Source of the DNA: Octopus sinensis
Taxonomy: Eukaryota
NCBI RefSeq assembly: GCF_006345805.1
Contig: NC_043025.1
Span: forward strand, 10,416,001-10,480,000
Length of the DNA stretch: 64,000 nucleotides
Direction: 5' to 3'
The notes under the pieces are model-generated. The model was not told where the DNA came from. It was given only the letters and a program-made list of their open reading frames with translations, and searched no databases. The translations under genes and the position numbers were made by a program. This document shows positions 41,526 to 55,797 of the stretch, one piece after another. Each line of letters begins with the position of its first letter. Positions within the stretch are counted from its first letter, which is position 1.

Positions 41526-43959
41526 CATATATACGACGGGCTTCTTTAAGTTTCCGTCTACCAAATCCACTCACAAGGCTTTGGTCGGCCCGAGGCTATA
41601 GCAGAAGACACTTGCCCAAGATGCCACGCAGTGGGACTGAACTCTGAACCATGTGGTTGGTTAGCAAGCTACTTACCACACAGCCACTCCTGCGCCTGTA
41701 TTTAGTTAGTTATCTTCCGCTTCTCTGTATTGCAGGTGATGATACCCAGGTTTAATAAATTGGGATCTTTTTGGTTTGAACGGCAGTTTTTTCTAGCGGT
41801 GTCATATGAAATTGTCACCCATAATTATGACCCTAGTATCAATCTATTGCATTTCAATCTGTTTTAGGGTTAGAGTTAGGGGTGGGGGCAAGGGTATCTT
41901 TTTTTTTCTCCACAAATGTAAATAAACCCAATCTGTTTCTTAAACGAGGGACATATTCATACGGCACAGAATGTTTTTTTTTACCTCAATAGACGTCATT
42001 GATTGGTTGAAATTGCAGAAATTGAAGAAAAAAACAACAACAAATATCTTACAAACTATAGAATTTTCTCAATAAAGCCAAGAGAAAAAGCTGTTTTATA
42101 AACACATTCTACCAGAATACGAAGTTTAAAAGTGTTTAGTTACGTGGAAATGATTTAAAAAAACTGCCGTTCAAACCGAAAAGATCCAAACGAGGGACAT
42201 ATTCATACGACACAGAATGTTTTTTACCTCAATAGACGTCATTGATTGGTTGAAATTGAAGAAAAAAAAAAACAAATATCTTACAAACTATAGAATTTTC
42301 TCAATAAAGCCAAGAGAAAAAGATGTTTTATAAACACATTCTACCAGTATACGAAGTTTAAAAGTGTTTAGTTACGTGGGAATTATTTTTAAAAAACTGC
42401 CGGTCAAACCGAAAAGATCCATAAATTGAAATCAAATCCACAGAACATATCATGACCATCACCTGAAAATAAGTTTTATTTCCTTTGTTTATTTAGTGGT
42501 CTTGCAAGTGGAGCCAGCAGGTGGTAAATTATCATCACCATCATCATCGGTATCAGCACCACCAACATCGAATCTTATTAGTAAGCTGTTTCCTGCTCTT
42601 CAGACCAAATCTCAAAACAGCACCAAAGAAGATGTAAGTATATATATACTCTTTTACTCTTTTACTTGTTTCAGTCATTTGACTGTGGCCATGCTGGAGC
42701 ACCGCCTTTAGTCGAGCAAATCGACCCCGGGACTTATTCTTTGTAAGCCCAGTACTTATTCTATCGGCCTCTTATTCTATCGGGGGCGTAAACACACCAG
42801 CATCGGTTGTCAAGAAATGCTAGGGGGACAACACAGACACACAAACACACACACACATACATGTATATATACATATATACGACAGGCTTCTTTCAGTTTC
42901 CGTCTACCAAATCCACTCACAAGGCATTGGTCGCCCCGGGGCTATAGCAGAAGACACTTGCCCAAGGTGCCACGCAGTGGGACTGAACCTGGAACCATGT
43001 GGTTGGTTATCAAGCTACTTCACACAGCCACATATATATATATACATATATACGACGGGCTTCTTTCAGTTTCCGTCAACCAAATCCACTCACAAAGCTT
43101 TGGTCGGCCCGATGCTACAGTAGAAAACACTTGCCCAAGGTGCCACGCAGTGGGACTGAACCCGGAACCATGTGGTTCGTAAACAAGCTACTTACCACAC
43201 AGCCACTCCTGCGCCTATATATATATTCTTTTATTCTTTTACTTGTTTCAGTCATTTGATTGCGGCCATGCAGGAGCACCACCTTGAAGGGTTTTTCTCA
43301 TCGCCCTTTTCAAGCCTAGCCAGGCTCATGGGCCCGGTCTCCCGGTTTCTGTGTCGTATGTGTTCCCCCCAGCTGGACGGGACACCAGTCCATCGCAGCG
43401 TTACTCAAGGAACAAGAAGAGAGAATGAGAGAAAGTTGTAGCGAAAGAGTACAACAGGGGTCGCCACCTCCCCCTGCCGGAGCCTTGTGGAGCTTTAGGT
43501 GTTTTCGCTCAATAAACACACACAACGCCCGGTCTGGGAATTGAAACCATGATCCTCCGACTGTGAGTCCGCTGCCCTAACCACTGAGCCATTGCACCTC
43601 CTGAAGGGTTTTTAGTCAAACAAATTGACCCCAGGTCGTTTTTTAAGCCTACTACTCATTCTATCAGTCTCTTTTGCCGAACTGCTAAGTTACAGGGATG
43701 TAAACACACCAACACTGGTTGTCAAGCAGTGGTGGGAGAACACACACCCACACACACATATGATGGGCTTCTTTCAGTTTCTGTCTACCATATCCATTCA
43801 CAAGGCTTTGATGGGTTTGAGGCTATAGTAGAAGACACTTGTCCAAGGTGCCATGCAGTAGAACTGAACCCAGAACCATGTGGTTGGGAAGCAAGCTTCT
43901 TACCACACAGCCACAGCAGCACCTTGTACAATTGTGCATGTGCATGCGCACGCATGTAT

Positions 43960-43996
<37 letters not shown>

Positions 43997-45271
43997 CACA
44001 CATTTACTTGTATCAGGTGCTAGACTGTAGCCAGGCTGGAGCACCACCTTGAAGAATTTTAGTCAAACCGACCAACTCTAGTATTTACCTTTATTTTGCT
44101 AAGTTATGGGTATGTAAACACATCAACACTGGTTATCAAGTTGTGATGACACCTGTTGATTTATCACAGATCAAACTGGTTGAAACATTTGTGTAGATGG
44201 AAATATTGTAGATATACAGTGTAAAGATGACTGGTTCTATGTAGACATCCAGGAATAAGACACTGATTATCACAGATCAAATTGATTGAAACATTGTGTA
44301 GATGGAAATATTCAAATACCATTTATCTCTAAAAGTAATTTTAATTGCAGCGTGGAAGGTGTTTATAAGCCATTTAAGAAACACACAAAACCGTTAGATT
44401 CACTTTAACATTTAAATTTAATTTGTCAAAATATTTTCGTTGCTTTGAGACCGCGACCTGCACGAAGCTTTGTCAGTGAACAGGTCGCGGTCTCAAAGCG
44501 ACGAAAATGTTTTGACAAATCTTTATATATAAAACTGAAGTTGTGTGTGTGAGAGTCTGTCTCCTCCGATTTAGATTCCTAACTACTCCCACATTTTGCG
44601 GTGCAGTTTAACCAAAAGCGGGTATCTCATAGTCGTGATTCATATCGAGCCCTTCTGGGTATTAGTGCGCGTCTACGATGAGTCTACGATTTTAAAAATA
44701 ATTTACCATCATTTTTTCGTTTTTTTAATGCATTTTTTGCTCGGTTTATATAAGGGAAGTAACTATCTAAAAATGCTTATATAGTTATTCATCAAATTTC
44801 TATCCACCTGAGCAAAGCCAGGTCAATCTGCTAGTTAAATTTAAATGTTGAAGTGAATCTAACGGTTTTGTGTGTTTCTTAAATGGCTTATAAACACCTT
44901 CCACGCTGCAATTGTTTTCATTACAGCACACGATCTCAGATCAAGTCACTCGCTATGCAAGTACATCTCAGTAATTTTAATTGTTGCTAAAAATTATTAT
45001 TATTATTAACTACATGTTTTGGTCATGCTGAGATTTCATTTCTACCTTTTTTTTTTTTCTTGCAGGAAAAACAGTCACAGCAGCAAATGGCAACACAGGC
45101 CCCTGCACGAGAAGGCTCCCAATCTCAGTTGTTGAGAGAAAAACTTGCACAATTAGAGAAAGAGATAACACGATTTCAAAAGGAGAACTCCAGTTTAGAA
45201 AAACTTCGGGTAGAACGGGAAGAGGTGAGTTTTTTGGGGTGAGGGATATGTCTTTATCAATGTATGTATGC

Positions 45272-45332
<61 letters not shown>

Positions 45333-48300
45333 ACTGGCATCTGTGTTGGTGACATGTAAAAGCACCAACCGACCATGGCCGTTTGCCAGCCAGCTCTGGC
45401 CCCTGTGCCGGTGGCACGTAAAAAACACCCACTATACTCACGGAGTGGTTGGCGTTAGGAAGGGCATCCAGCTGTAGAAACACTGCCAGATTAGACTGGA
45501 GCCTGGTGCAGCCTCCTGGCTTCCCAGACCCCGGTCGAACCGTCCAACCCATGCCAGCATGGAAAACAGACGTTAAACGAGGAGGAGGAGGTAGTGAGGT
45601 AAATAGCACCCAATACACTCACGGAACAGCTGTAGAAACTGCCAGATTAGACTGGAGCCTGGTGCAGCCTCCTGGCTTCCCAGACCCCAGTCGAACCGTC
45701 CAACCCATGCTAGCATGGAAAACAGACGTTAAACGATGATGATGATGATATATTTATATATGATGGACTCTCTTATCAAAGACAACATATGAATGTTCAG
45801 CTTTTGCTGAGTGACCTGCACGAAATGGTTTGTTTATAGTCGTCAAATGTTCATGCCAAGCATCAGCTCCTCACCTTCCTCCATCAAATCACTGTTACCT
45901 GAACAGGTGCATGGTGTACCACGCGTCAGGTGCCAAAGTGATTGCAGAGCAGTATGAGATGAAGTGTTTTGCTCAAGAACACAACACATCACCTGGTCTA
46001 GGAACTAGTGATCGTGAGTGAAACACCCTAACCACTAAGCCATGTGCCCACACATGTGTGTATGTGTATACACACACACACATATGACAGGTTTCTTTCG
46101 ATTTCCAGCCAGCATATTTTCCCTCAAGGCTTTGGCTAGTTTTGTCATCTAAACACTATTACAGGAGAGTTGCTGTGTGGTAAGTAGCTTGCTTACCAAC
46201 CACGTGGTTCTGGGTTCAGTCCCACTGCGTGGCACCTTGGGCAAGTGTCTTCTACTATGGCCTCGGGCCGACCAAAGCCTTGTGAGTGGATTTGCTAGAC
46301 GGAAACTGAAAGAAGCCCATTGTATATATGTATATATATATATGTGTGTGTTTGTGTGCACATGTGCTTGCAAAGAAAACTTCTTACCACATAGCCATGC
46401 CTGTGTCTGGTATTTACATATTTGAGCTTGCTAACAGCACATTTCCGGGTTCAGCGCGTTCAGTCCCACTATGCTTTTACCACATAGCCATGCCTGTGTC
46501 TGGTATTTACATATTTGAGCTTGCTAACCAGCCACATGGTTCCGGGTTCAGTCCCACTGCGTGGCACCTTGGGCAAGTGTCTTCTACTATGGCCTCGGGC
46601 CGACCAATGCCTTGTGAGTGGATTTGGTAGACGAAAACTGAAAGAAGCCTGTCGTATATATATGTATATATATGTGTGTGTGTGTATATGTTTGTGTGTC
46701 TGTGTTTGTCCCCCCAACATCGCTTGATAACAGATGCTGGTGTGTTTACGTCCCCGTAACTTAGCGGTTTGGCAAAAGAGACCGATAGAGTAAGTACTAG
46801 GCTTACAAGGAATAAGTCCCGGGGTCGATTTGCTCGACTAAAAGGCGGTGCTCCAGCATGGCCGCAGTCAAATGACTGAAACAAGTAAAAGAGTAAAGAG
46901 AGTAAAGATGCCACAGAGTGGGCCTGAACCTAAAACTACAGGGCTGCAAAGCAAACTTCTCAACCACCGTACCATTGTATCCGTATTACCAGTAATTTCT
47001 CACCTGTCACCCCTACATCTCTTAATTTCCCCAGAGTGTGAAGAAGCTGAGAGAGGAAGTTGCCAAATTTGATTTGGTGAAGAAGGATGAACTGCAGAAA
47101 CTTGAAGAATTCAAAGAACAAGAACTGAAGAAACTAAGGTACGTTGGAAACTGTTCCTTTGGATTACATTTTCGTTTTTGGTTTTTATTTTGTTTAAGGT
47201 GTAGTTTTTCCTTCTTGGATCTGGGTTAGGGTTTGTTTTGGGTTAGAATTCCAAATGTTTCTGCATCCCAATTTTTTGTGTAAAATATGTGCAGGTGGCA
47301 CGTAAAAAGCACCCACTACACTCTTGGAGTGGTTGGCGTTAGGAAGGGCATCCAGCCGTAGAAACATTGCCAGATAAGTCTGGAGCCTGGTGCAGCCTTC
47401 TGGCTTCCCAAATCCCCGGTCGAACCGTCCAACCCATGCTAGCATGGAGAACGGACGTTAAACGATGATGATGATGATATGCTGTTCTTTGAGGTGTTGT
47501 TGTTTAGCCCCAGGTCAGTCCTGATCCAGCAGACCTATGATCAGAGATGGAAAGGAACTTGAGCGTTTCATCCACAAAACCCTGAAGGACAGGTTACATA
47601 TTAAAATGCCCTGAAATGTTTATAAAGCAACCCTGATGACGACAACGACTACTACTACTACTATTATTATTGCCAGCCTCACCTGGTCCCCGTGCCGGTG
47701 GCACGTAAAAAGCACCATCCGTTCATGGCCGTTGCCAGCCTCGCCTGGCCCCTGTGCCGGTGGCACGTAAAAAGCACCATCCGTCCGTGGCCGTCTGCCA
47801 GCTCCGTCTGGCACCTGTGTGGGTGGCACGTAAAAAGCACCCACTACACTCTCGGAGTGGTTGGCGTTAGGAAGGGCATCCAGCTGTAGAAACACTGCCA
47901 GATCAGACTGGGCCTGGTGCAGCCTTCTGGCTCCCCAGAACCCAGTTGAACCGTCCAACCCATGCTAGCATGGTTAGCGGACGTTAAATGATGATTATTA
48001 TTATTATTAAGGCAGTGAGCTGGCAGAATTGTTAGCACACAGGACAAAATGCCTAGTGGTATTTCATCTGCTGTTACGTTCTGAGTTCAAATTCCACCAA
48101 GGTCACCTTTGCCTTTCATCCTTTTGGGGGTCATTGAAATAAATACCAGTTACACACTGGGGTCAATGTTATCAACTAACCCCCTTTCCCCAAAATTTTC
48201 AAGCCCTTGTGCCTAGAGTAGAAATAAAACACCCATGTTTCCAGAGATGAATTATTCAAAGCCCAAAGAATTCTTCTCAACACATGGCTCTGATGCTTCC

Positions 48301-48709
48301 CCACTACTGCTCGTATGATGCTCCCCAACTATTTCTGCACATATCATCAGCCACTAAGAGATATGCTCAACTGGTTGCAGTCAGGCAACTGACAAGCAAA
48401 TCTGTGGTATTGAGCAGAATTTTTACTGTAGCCTATCTTTTACACTGAAACAAAACATGTCCATGATAACACTTCCAATCAGTTAAGATAAGAAGCTATG
48501 GGAGCTATTATTTTTATTATTATTGTTATCATTTATTATTATTAGTGTTGTTGTTGTTATGATTACTATTGTTATTTTTATTGAAGAAATGAGAAAAAAC
48601 TATTTGAAAAGTACAAGAAAGCTGTCCGTTCTTTGCCCAGTAAAAAGACAGACAAGAGATTGAAACACTGAGTCTCAGGTACGTACATTTACCCCACTCT
48701 CTCCCCTGT

Positions 48710-48761
<52 letters not shown>

Positions 48762-48791
48762 TATATATATATGTGCATATGGATGTATGTA

Positions 48792-48823
<32 letters not shown>

Positions 48824-49446
48824 AAACACAGTGATCACCATGACTGACCAGGCTATCAGATGTTGCTACACATCGCTGGTCACAATGCGCTTCGCATTGT
48901 TTTAGCCTTTGAATGACGCCACCCCACTGGCTAAGTGAGCAGACCAACAGAAGAAAGAGTGAAAGCTGCAGCGAAAGAGTACAGCAGGGATTGCCACCAC
49001 CCCCTGCCAGAGCCTCGTGGAGCTTTTAGGTGTTTTCGCTCAATAAACACTCACAACGCTCTGTCTGGAAATCGAAACCGCGATGCTATGATCGCGAGTC
49101 CGCTGCCCTAACCACTGGGCCATTGCGCCTCCACAATCAAGCCTACCCAGGCTTATGGGCCCGGTTTCCCTGTTTCTGTGGCGTATGTGTTCCCCCCATC
49201 GGGACACCAGTCCATCGCAGCATTACTCAAGAAACAGGAAGAGAGAGTGAGAGAGAAAGTTGTGGCGAATGAGTACAACAGGGGTCGCCACCACCCCCTG
49301 CCGGAGCCTCGTGGAGCTTTTAGGTGTTTTCGCTCAATAAACACACGCAACGCCCGGTCTGGAAATCGAAACCACGATCCCACGACCGCGTGTCCACTGC
49401 CCTAACCACTGGGCCATTGCACCTCCACACACATATATATATATAT

Positions 49447-49478
<32 letters not shown>

Positions 49479-52400
49479 GTGTCACAATATATGGATTCTG
49501 GTAGTACTCATAAAAAAATCTCATTAATGTATCATCATTCTACAAAGCATAAGTATGAAAGAAGAGAAAAAGATAAGGAGTGTGTAAAGTTCTAAATAAT
49601 ATAGAAATATTCTGATGAAATTTTATTTAACAATAAAAAAATTCAAATATCACAAATTGTTTCGTAACTTAAAAACATGTAAATAAGTTATATTATTATA
49701 TAACAACAGACAGTAGCTGTGTGGTAAGTAGCTTGTTTACCAACCACAAGGTTCCGGGTTCAGTCCCACTGCCTGGCACCTTGGGCAAAGGTCTTCTACT
49801 ATAGCCTCGGGCCGACCAAAGCCTTGTGAGTGGATTTGGTAGACGGAAACTGAAAGAAGCCCGTCGTATATATGTATATATATATATATATATATGTGCA
49901 GGAGTGGCTGTGTGGTAAGTAGCTTGTTTACCAACCACATGGTTCCGGGTTCAGTCCCACTGCGTGGAACCTTGGGGGCAAGTGTCTTCTGCTATAGCCT
50001 CGGGCCGACCAAAGCCTTGTGAGTGGATTTGGTAGATGGAAACTAAAAGAAACCTGTCGTATATATGTATGTGTGTGTGTGTGTGTGTATGTTTGGCCCC
50101 CAACATATAAAGACAATTGGAGCCCTCAAGCTGGTGGCTGGCAGTTATCAGCTCACGAATGTGTAACACACACACACGCTGCCTTTGACTTGGACAAGAC
50201 TCCCTGCCGAATTTAAGCATATCGCTAAGCAGAGGAAAAGAAACCAACTGGGATTCCCTAAGTAACTGCGAGGGAACTGGGAGAAGCCCAACGCCAAATC
50301 TCATCGGCCGTGCCGGTCCTCAAGAGCTGTGATTCAAGGGTCATACACGGTCGATTGTTTCGCCCGGTTAGGTTCAGAGTCCCCTCGATCGGGGCTGACC
50401 AGCGGGTGCGAGGCCCATTCAGGGCCGGCGGCAATCAGCAGTGTTCTTCAGTCCAAGAGTTAGTTTGCTTAGGAACGCAGCCCAAAGTGGGTGGTAAGCT
50501 CCATCCAAGGCTAAATATGGGGACGAGTCCGAAATAGGACAAGTACCACGAGGGATAGTTGAAAAGAACTTTGGAGAGGGAGTACAAGAGACTGTGAAAC
50601 TGCCCAGGGGTAAACGGGTAGGACCGCTCACCGCGATCGTGAGGGGACTCAGTTCGCTGCTTCCTGTCGAGGCACCGGTGGCAGCCGCTCTTTCCGCGGG
50701 CGGCTGTCTGCCGCCTTGACGGCAGCATGCCAGCTTGGAAAATGGATGTTAAATGATGAGGGTGATGGGAAGGCATCAGGTTTGTACTGACAGCTGTCAA
50801 AAATAAAATACTTTCTTATTTGTTTATGTTTGCTTATATTCTTTCTTCTTTATACTTTTTTCTTTCAAATTCCCAACTGCCATCATTGCCACTACCACCA
50901 CCACCACCACCTCAATTACCATTGCCACAACAACAACAATCCCCACTGCTACAATAACTACAACCACCTCTACTACAATAACCATCACCAACTCCACTAC
51001 AATAACCATCACCATCACAATAACTACCACCACCTCTACTACAATAACCATCACCATCACAACCACCACCTCTACTACAATAACCACCACCAACTCCACT
51101 ACAATAACCATCACCAACTCCACTACAATAACCATCACCACCACCACCTCTACTACAATAACCACCACCAACTCCACTACAATAACCATCACCACCACCA
51201 CCTCTACTACAATAACCACCACCAACTCCACTACAATAACCATCACCATCACAATAACTACCATCACCTCTACTACAATAACCATCACCATCACCAACTC
51301 CACTACAATAACCATCACCACCACCACCTCTACTACAATAACCATCACCAACTCCACTACAATAACCATCACCATCACCAACTCCACTACAATAACCATC
51401 ACCACCACCACCTCTACTACAATAACCATCACCAACTCCACTACAATAACCATCACCACCACCACCTCTACTACAATAACCACCACCAACTCCACTACAA
51501 TAACTATCACCATTACAATAACTACCACCACTACTACAAACACCACATTGATATAACCTACAACACTACTACTACTACTACAATATCATACTACTACCAC
51601 CACACTTCATGCAACACTGCCACCACTACTACCATCATCTCACTACAACTATACTATACCACAATCCTCTCCAACATGCATCACTAAAATAACAACACCC
51701 TGCCGCACTACACCATCCGACTGCCACCACAACACAGCTCAAAGATCTGCAGGAAGAGATGAAACGGAAGGAATCCCGATGGAATGCCAACAACAACCGT
51801 CTCCGGCAGAGAATCCAGGAACTGGAAGACGAGACTCATCAGCTGAAAGATGAGATTCATTTCATGGAGAGGAAGAGGCTGGAATGGATGAAGGAGAAAG
51901 AAGCCATGAACCAAGTGTGTACACCATACTCTTCATTATTATTATCTTTATATATAAAACTGAAGTTGTGTGTGTGAGACTCTGTCTCCTCCGATTTAGA
52001 TTCCTAACTATTCTCACATTTTGCGGTGCAGTTTAACCAAAACCGGGTATCTTATAGTCGTGATTCATATTGAGCCCTTCTGGGTATTAGCGCGCGTCTA
52101 CGATGAGTCTACGATTCAAAAAAAAATTTACCATAATTTTTCCGCATTTTTAATGTATTTTTTGCTCGGTTTATATAATGGAAGTAACTCTCTAAAAATG
52201 CTTATATAGTTATTTCCCTTACAAACCCGAGCAACGTTGGGCGATACTGCTAGTTATTATTACAAAAAACATGGAGGGGAGGCAAATATTTCACACATTT
52301 TTATGATTTTATTACAATTCTATTACTTTTGAGTATGATTCCACTCTTCCTGATAATTCTCTGAAAGAAATCTTTGTAGAAAGGTGGGTACAATGCTGAC

Positions 52401-54368
52401 ACTAATCATTGAAAGCATATTTCTTTCATCATTTCATCATTACCAACGTCGCCTTACTGGCACCTGTGCCGGTGGCATGTAAATATATATATATATATAT
52501 ATATATATTCAAAAAGCAATAAAGATTCAAGTTAATTTAAATGAATTTACTTGAATATGGTACCTAACTTAGATGCACCAAAAAAAACTATACTGTTTTA
52601 ACAATACAGTAATGCGGGGTGATTATAAGCGGGAAAGAAGCAACAAGAATGGATAGGTTTTTAGTACAATCGTTTCATACAAGGACAGGCTTTATTAAAA
52701 GTTGTAAAAAGTTGTAAAAGTTGTAAAAAGTTGTATATATCAGACAATGCTTCATGCAAATTATACTACTTGTATTTGTGTATTTCTTGCTTTTCTATCT
52801 TCAGGCAAAGAAGAAGTCCATTCCACCAATTTCTCATACACCAAGTCTTAGCCTTTCCACTCTAAATTCTTCATATGATTCCCAAACAGAAGACGAGGCC
52901 ATACTGGAGCATGTGGGTATGTTGCGTCACACATTTCTCCTTCTTACTTTCTTCTTCTTCTCGTGTTTTCCTTTCTCACTGTTTTTCTTCTCTTTCTGCC
53001 AGCACAATCACTTGTGTCAGCCTCATCATCATCATCATCCTCCTCCTCCTCCTCATCACCACCACCATCACCACAATCACCACCACCATCATCACTGCCA
53101 TCACTACCATCATCACCACCACCTCCATCACAAACCTCTACCACCATCACCACCACTATCATCATCACCATTATCATCATCTTCATCACCCCCACTATCA
53201 CCATCATCATCACCTATGTCATCACATGACTACCACATAACACCACCATCACCATCTCCACACTACCAGCATGAACACACCACTACCTTCACCACCAACG
53301 CTACACCCCCAACATCCACCACTGCTGCATGACCACTACTCTACTACAACCCCTACCATCCCACTTATGTTCCTCTCACTCTCACTCACCTTCCTCCTTC
53401 TCCTCCAGAGGTTGTCAGAAATGGAACGTTGCCGTCATCGTCGAAAAATGACCCTCACTCCGGAAGACGGAGGCAGCAGTCAGGATTGAACCAGCACCAA
53501 CACCACTCACAGCAGCAGCAGCAAGCCAGTGAAGCATCGTCCAATAAAGCACCGCGTTCCTCCTCAGAGGCGTTACCAAGGCGACCGAATGCTACTTCAG
53601 CAGCACCCCAAGAGTAAGGGCTGACTTTTTTTGCTCCCATTTCATTTTCACCAGCATTTTGTAGTAGTAGTGGTGGTGGTAGTTCTAGTAGTAGTAGTAG
53701 TAGTAGCAGTGGTGGTGGTTGTGGTTGGTTGTTGTGGTTCTTGTGTAGTTGTAGTTGCTTGTTTATGTCTTCCATCGTTTTTAGAAATTATAGAGAAAGC
53801 CAAACAACAACAAGAAACTCATCATCATTTAGCGTCCGTTTTCCATGCTAGCATGGGTTGGATGGTTTGACCGGGGTCTGGTAAGCCGTGGAGGCTGCAG
53901 CAGGCTCTAGTCTGATCTGGCAGTGTTTCTACAGCTGGATGCCCTTCCTAACACCAACCACTCCGTGAGTGTAGTGGGTGCTTTTTACGTGCCACTGGCA
54001 CAGGAGCCAGCGCAGGCTGGCAAACAGCTACAATCGGTTGGTGCTTTTATGTGTCACCGACACGGACGCCAGTCAGGCGACTCTAGTATCTGCCACGTTC
54101 AGACTGTGCTTTTTACGTGTCACTGGCACGGGTGTCTTAACTACAATTTCCATTTGAATTTTTTACTGTATATGTAAATATGTATATGTGTGTGTAAATA
54201 TATATGTGGTAAGTGGCTGTGTGGTAAGTAGCTTGCTTACCAACCACATGGTTCCGGGTTCAATCCCACTGCGTGGCACTTTGAGCAAGTGTCTTCTACT
54301 ATAGCCTCGAGCCGACCAAAGCCTTACGAGTGGATTTGGTAGACGGAAACTGAAAGGAGCCTGTCGTA

Positions 54369-54417
<49 letters not shown>

Positions 54418-54424
54418 GTGTGTA

Positions 54425-54465
<41 letters not shown>

Positions 54466-54590
54466 GTGTGTATATATGTATATATATATATATATATACG
54501 TGTGTATATATGTATATATATATATATATATACGTGTGTATATATGTATATATATATATATATATACGTGTGTATATATGTATATATATA

Positions 54591-54653
<63 letters not shown>

Positions 54654-55211
54654 GTGTGTATATATATATATATAGGCGCAGGAGTGGCTGTGTGGTAAGT
54701 AGCTTGTTTACCAACCGCACCCAATGTTGGTTTGTTTACATCTCCATAACTTAGCAATTCAGCAAAAGAGTCTGATAGACTAAGTACCAAGCTCAAAAGA
54801 AATTAAGTGCTGGGACTCAATTTATCTGATTAAAACCCTTCAAGATGGTACCCCAGGTTGGCCCCTGTCCCAAAACTGAAACAGATAAAAGATTAAAAAT
54901 GTCAGTAATTTTTATCAGTTTTCATTGTTTTTCTTTGTTGTTTTTTTTTCTTTTTTTTGGTTCCTTTATAGTTTGAGCGTCCCTTCAAAAATGGACTTCA
55001 ACAGAAACCATTTGGAAGTTGAAAGAGAAGAAGAGAACAAGAAGAAGAAGAAGAAAAATGACAACAGCAACAAAAACAATACAAAGAAGATTTCACTGAA
55101 GCATCCTGGGATTGTTAAGGGGAATGTTCTGGAAAAGATGCAACACCCAGATGGGAAGGTGAGATTAATTTTTTTTTTTACCAAAATAATGTTGTGTGTA
55201 TCTGTGTGTTC

Positions 55212-55250
<39 letters not shown>

Positions 55251-55729
55251 GAGGTGCAATGGCGGACTCATAGGGTCATGGTTTTGATTCCCAGACCAGG
55301 CGTTGTAAGTGTTTATTGAGAGGAAACACCTAAAAGCTCCTATGAGGCTCCGGCAGAGGGGTGGTGGCGACCCCTGTTGTACTCTTTCAGCACAACTTTC
55401 TCTCACTCTTTCTTCCTGTTTCTGTTGTACCTGTATTTCAAAGGGCCAGCCTTATCACCTTATCACACTCTGTGTCATGCTGAATCCCCCTGAGAACTAC
55501 GTTAAGGGTACACATGTCTGTGGAGTGCTCAGCCACTTGCACCTTAATTTCATGAGCAAGGCTGTTCTGTTGATCGCATCAACTGGAACCCTCGTCGTCG
55601 CAACCGACAGAGTGCCACAATGTGTGTATGTATATATATGTATATATATATATATGTATATGTATATATATGTATATGTATATATATGTATATATATATA
55701 TGTATATATATATATATGTATATGTATAT

Positions 55730-55797
<68 letters not shown>

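Noticed and set aside
41736-41749. 14-nt micro-exon (tgcag|GTGATGATACCCAG|gt)
   Set aside because: It would change phase 1 to phase 0 and break the frame into exon 12; direct 41169->42497 splicing already fits.
50184-50725. Functional rRNA gene
   Set aside because: Partial, substituted at conserved positions, intronic, and lacking the rest of the rDNA unit.
50824-51687. His/Asn/Tyr-rich and Val-rich ORFs (also 52754-53332)
   Set aside because: Trinucleotide repeat translations inside introns 15 and 17.
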